From Verrucomicrobiota bacterium (lineage in GTDB: Bacteria; Verrucomicrobiota; Kiritimatiellia; RFP12; UBA1067), in NCBI GenBank assembly GCA_050874585.1, contig JBNMKZ010000005.1, positions 4,199 through 68,198 of the forward strand: DNA of 64,000 nt. Direction: 5' to 3'. Below the pieces are notes generated by a model, which saw nothing but the letters and a program-made list of their open reading frames with translations, was not told the origin of the DNA and did no database searches. Each line of letters opens with the position of its first letter. Position 1 is the first letter of the stretch. The position numbers and the translations under genes were made by a program. This document shows, piece after piece, positions 60,754-64,000 of the stretch.

Positions 60754-61658
60754 GGTTCACCTCCCTCATCAATGTCGTTGCGCGAAAGGAAAAGGACAAG
60801 ATCGTCCCCCCGTGCCGAACGATCATCACCATCAATCAGGCCAGCCTGCCGAACCAGGCGACGCCTGCGCTCACCCCACGACGTCGCCCACCAGTTCGTA
60901 CCGTTCGCCCCAAAACAAGGCGTATCAAGCCGTCCATCCGGGCCCGCCGAAACAAGCCGCGCATACCGAAAACGGACCTCTTCGGGCAAATTTGTGCTGA
61001 CGCCCCTGAACGCCTGGGGCGGCGGAACCTGCAGGACATAAGGATTTCCCCACGGATCCAAAAGGGCGGGTTCGCCCGGAAAGCCATAGATAGAGCATCC
61101 CTTTCGCCCCACAAGAAAATCCTGCGGTACGCTCAACCGCGTCAGCTCCGGGAAAAAGCCCCGCGCACCAAAGGACACGTCGCCCTCAAAACGAATGTCA
61201 TCCGCCTGCGGGAACACCTCAGCCTGGCCTTTAACATAAGGCCCACGCCACCCACGCCCAGTCGCCGCACTCCAACGAACGAACACATCCGACCGAGCAC
61301 ACCCTCGATTCGGCACCCAACCATCGTCAAGGCAGACACCAGGCGTACGCGACAAATCCCCATCTCGTGTCACATTCACATAGAGATTAGACGGCGTAAA
61401 GAGGTTCGCCACTCGCATGGAAGCCGCCGAAAAGCCTGGTATTGCGCCCATATCTCGCAAATAGCCGTCTTCTGCATTAAGAAAAGCATCACGCAAAACG
61501 CGAAGATCGCTTTCGGCGGCAATACGCTTCGCGGCGGCCCCTACGCGCTCTGTGCGCGAAACGGCCACCAATACGATAATGGATATTACCGCCACCACAA
61601 CCACGAGCTCCATCAAGGTGAACCCGCTGCGGATCTCAATCTTCCTATATGACGACAT
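60750..61658 (-). CDS. Prepilin-type pseudopilin (minor pilin); first gene of the operon
   Basis: MSSYRKIEIRSG|FTLMELVVVVAVISIIVLVAV. The ATG is at 61656-61658. A longer form from ATG 61698-61700 is possible. Confidence 0.65.
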   Translation of the reverse strand: MSSYRKIEIRSGFTLMELVVVVAVISIIVLVAVSRTERVGAAAKRIAAESDLRVLRDAFLNAEDGYLRDMGAIPGFSAASMRVANLFTPSNLYVNVTRDGDLSRTPGVCLDDGWVPNRGCARSDVFVRWSAATGRGWRGPYVKGQAEVFPQADDIRFEGDVSFGARGFFPELTRLSVPQDFLVGRKGCSIYGFPGEPALLDPWGNPYVLQVPPPQAFRGVSTNLPEEVRFRYARLVSAGPDGRLDTPCFGANGTNWWATSWGERRRRLVRQAGLIDGDDRSARGDDLVLFLSRNDIDEGGEP

Positions 61659-61925
61659 CCATTCTGTAAAACGCCACACCCTATCCAGCGGTTCATCCAT
61701 AAAGCTTTCGCGGGGCAATCCTCACGCCAATGGTGTCCAGCCTATCCCGCCTCAAGTAGACAATATGTGTAAATATCGAAGAAACCGCATTACGCCCAGC
61801 GTAAACAATCGGCACGAAGAAAGAATCATCAGGAAAGAACGGCCAGATGGCACATCTTCTGCTATACATTTCCTGTCGGGCTGTCCCCTTCAGGATGCCC
61901 AAAGATGTAAAGTCAAAGGAAAACA

Positions 61926-63293
61926 ATGAGCAAATACGTTGAAACCGTCCTGAACGATGTCAAGGCTAAGAACCCGAACGAACCTGAGTTCATTCAGGCT
62001 GTCGAGGAAGTCCTCCTCACTCTCGACCCCGTCTTGAAGGCCACGCCCGCCTATGAGAAGAACGCCATCCTCGAACGCATGGTCGAGCCTGAGCGTGTCA
62101 TCATGTTCCGCGTTCCCTGGGTTGACGACAAGGGCATTGTCCGTGTCAACCGCGGCTATCGCGTCCAGTACAACAGCGCAATCGGGCCATACAAGGGCGG
62201 TCTGCGCTTCGACCCGACGGTGAACCTCTCGGTCCTGAAGTTCCTTGGCTTTGAGCAGGTCTTCAAGAACTCGCTGACGACCCTCCCGATGGGCGGCGGC
62301 AAGGGCGGTTCCGACTTCAACCCGAAGCAGAGCCCCCACACGCCTGGCAAGCGCTGCAGCGATGCCGAGGTGATGCGCTTCTGCCAGAGCTTCATGACTG
62401 AACTTTACCGCCATATCGGTGCTGACACGGATGTCCCGGCGGGCGACATGAACGTCGGCGGACGCGAAATCGGCTATCTCTTCGGTCAGTACAAGCGCAT
62501 CGTCAACGAATGGACGGGCGTTCTGACGGGCAAGGGGCTCTCCTTCGGCGGTTCGCTCATCCGCCCCGAGGCCACCGGCTATGGCGACGTCTACTTCGCG
62601 GCGAATATGCTTGAGAAGAAGGGCGAAACCTTTGAAGGCAAGGTCTGCGTGGTCTCCGGTTCGGGCAATGTCGCTTCGTTCGCGGCGGAGAAGTTGATGC
62701 AGCTCGGCGCAAAGGTCGTCACCCTTTCCGACCGCTCGGGCACAATCGTCGTCAAGGACGGCATCTCCAAGGAACTCTTGGCGAAGGTGATGAACCTCAA
62801 GAACGTCAAGCGCGGCGAACTCTCCGAGCTCAAGGGCAAGGGCATTCAGTTCGTGGCGAAAAAGAATCCGTGGCAGCTCGTCGACAAGTACGACTGCGCG
62901 TTCCCGTGCTCGCGCCAGAATGAACTCGACGGCGACGATGCCAAGTTCATGCTCAAGGCCGGATGCACGCTCGTCGGCGAAGGCGCAAATATGCCCTCGA
63001 CCCCGGAGGCCGTCGAAGCCTTCCGCGCGGCGAAGATCATGTACAGCCCAGGAAAAGCCTCCAATGCTGGCGGCGTCGCCACGTCGGGCCTTGAAATGTC
63101 CCAGAACTCCGAGCGCCTCAGCTGGACGCGTGAGGAAGTCGATGCCAAGCTGAAGGGCATCATGAAGGCCATTCATGACAACGCCTACGATGCAGCCGAA
63201 CGCTTCGGCCACAAGGGCGACTATGTTATGGGTGCAAACATCGCCGGTTTCGTCAAGGTCGCCGACGCGATGGTTGCGCAGGGTGTCTGCTAA
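61926..63293 (+). CDS. gdhA: NADP-specific glutamate dehydrogenase
   Basis: 455 aa with ..KGGLRFDP.., the catalytic lysine motif GGGKGGSDFNPK and ..GSGNVA.. The RBS AAAGGA is upstream. Confidence 0.9.
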   Translation: MSKYVETVLNDVKAKNPNEPEFIQAVEEVLLTLDPVLKATPAYEKNAILERMVEPERVIMFRVPWVDDKGIVRVNRGYRVQYNSAIGPYKGGLRFDPTVNLSVLKFLGFEQVFKNSLTTLPMGGGKGGSDFNPKQSPHTPGKRCSDAEVMRFCQSFMTELYRHIGADTDVPAGDMNVGGREIGYLFGQYKRIVNEWTGVLTGKGLSFGGSLIRPEATGYGDVYFAANMLEKKGETFEGKVCVVSGSGNVASFAAEKLMQLGAKVVTLSDRSGTIVVKDGISKELLAKVMNLKNVKRGELSELKGKGIQFVAKKNPWQLVDKYDCAFPCSRQNELDGDDAKFMLKAGCTLVGEGANMPSTPEAVEAFRAAKIMYSPGKASNAGGVATSGLEMSQNSERLSWTREEVDAKLKGIMKAIHDNAYDAAERFGHKGDYVMGANIAGFVKVADAMVAQGVC

Positions 63294-63329
63294 CGGCCTA
63301 TTGGACACGAACCCAAGTTATGGGGATAC

Positions 63330-63360
63330 GGGCGCGGCACTTTGCCGCGCCCGTTTGCTT
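63330..63360. terminator. Hairpin terminator between convergent gdhA and the DUF2851 gene
   Basis: GGGCGCGGCA-CTT-TGCCGCGCCC followed by GTTTGCTT. Confidence 0.7.
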
Positions 63361-64000
63361 ATGCGCTTGCACCAATGAGTGAACACTGCTCACAATCCGG
63401 ATGGATGGTAAGACAGAAGTCGCGACGAATCTGGATTAGCCCTTGAATTCGAAGTCCATTCGTGGCATAAAGCACCGCTGGATTATGATCCCGTCCGAAC
63501 AACCGGAACGCCGTAAGACGAACAGGGGACGAAACATCCTCAGCAGGCAACCACGAGGGTGCCTCCCATAACCGACCTTCAGCGATGGCGAACGGAACGA
63601 TGACATTGGCAAGAATGGCCGCCGCACGTCCACGACCCACATAGCCATTCGCCGTGAGAATATCCATCATATTCTCACAACCTCCGGTCGAGAAATCATC
63701 CGCATTCATCAAATCCAAGAGATGCGTTTGGGTAAAGAGCCCCGCCGCCGCCTGCAATCGGACACTCGGCGCATTCCATGGCCGAACGCTGCCACGGTTC
63801 CACGCAACAAACGCCCCTGCGGTCCGCAATGCAACCCCCGCATTCGCAGGCTCTGACCGCAAGACTCTGAGCGGAATTGCACGCGCAACAGCCCTAAACC
63901 CAGACTCGTTCCCACGATAACCCAGTGCCGCCATAATCTCCTCATAAAAGACCTGTCCCCGTTCTCCCATAGCCAAAGCTCGGCCCAATCGGTCAGCCTT
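63359..64000 (-). CDS. DUF2851-family protein (C-terminal part; the gene continues past the window end)
   Basis: The ORF is open to position 64000. No motif I can name with certainty. The family assignment is tentative. Confidence 0.35.
   Translation of the reverse strand, partial: KADRLGRALAMGERGQVFYEEIMAALGYRGNESGFRAVARAIPLRVLRSEPANAGVALRTAGAFVAWNRGSVRPWNAPSVRLQAAAGLFTQTHLLDLMNADDFSTGGCENMMDILTANGYVGRGRAAAILANVIVPFAIAEGRLWEAPSWLPAEDVSSPVRLTAFRLFGRDHNPAVLYATNGLRIQGLIQIRRDFCLTIHPDCEQCSLIGASA

Overview
This is a high-GC (~60%) bacterial chromosomal window that is almost entirely coding, mostly on the minus strand. I place it in the PVC superphylum (Lentisphaerota, Kiritimatiellota or Verrucomicrobiota-like). 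The grounds are a DUF4159 membrane protein, a giant DUF2341/LamG surface protein, very large prepilin-type proteins, a GH50-like hydrolase and a hexokinase-family sugar kinase. No database search was possible, so product calls rest on motifs I recognise directly in the translations.

What is in the window, in order:
- 1–8.1 kb: a degenerate ModF-like ABC ATPase, a beta-lactamase-family hydrolase, an orphan OmpR regulator with an EamA transporter, htpX, an NfeD-like gene, dnaX and nagA.
- 8.1–11.7 kb: an exbB-exbD-exbD-TonB-like-DUF4159 operon.
- 11.9–16.8 kb: a parvulin PPIase, a hexokinase, rsmA and an AsmA-like gene, ending at two tRNAs (Glu, Leu).
- 17.1–24.3 kb: an N-domain-less clpB, a 5x63-bp repeat lipoprotein, a 1178-aa DUF2341-LamG x3 surface protein and a lipoprotein.
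- 24.3–25.2 kb: a palindrome, a promoter, rpmI-rplT and a terminator.
- 25.5–38 kb: a glycan-utilisation island. It holds an enolase-superfamily dehydratase, an MFS transporter, a frameshifted SDR, a 1061-aa two-module GH, LamG proteins with an in-frame TAG, a XylR-like regulator and a fused solute-binding-protein/permease.
- 38–42.5 kb: DJ-1, a membrane-anchored RRM protein, rpoD, MgtC and a lipoprotein.
- 42.6–47.4 kb: rplL-rplJ-rplA-rplK-nusG-secE-tRNATrp-rpmG-tuf-tRNAThr, ending in a terminator and not followed by rpoBC.
- 47.6–49.9 kb: a secreted phytase-like beta-propeller protein.
- 49.9–50.7 kb: a 750-bp non-coding region carrying an array of four operator-like palindromes and plus-strand terminators.
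- 50.7–61.7 kb: a type II secretion / type IV pilus-like operon. It has two minor pseudopilins, GspL/M-like genes, a PilT-like ATPase, a GspE-like ATPase, GspF, a secretin and two giant pilin-like proteins.
- 61.9–64 kb: gdhA and a partial DUF2851 gene.

The most interesting items are the secretion/pilus cluster with its neighbouring regulatory region, the ExbBD-DUF4159 operon, the membrane-anchored RRM protein, the fused orphan ABC component, and several decayed genes.
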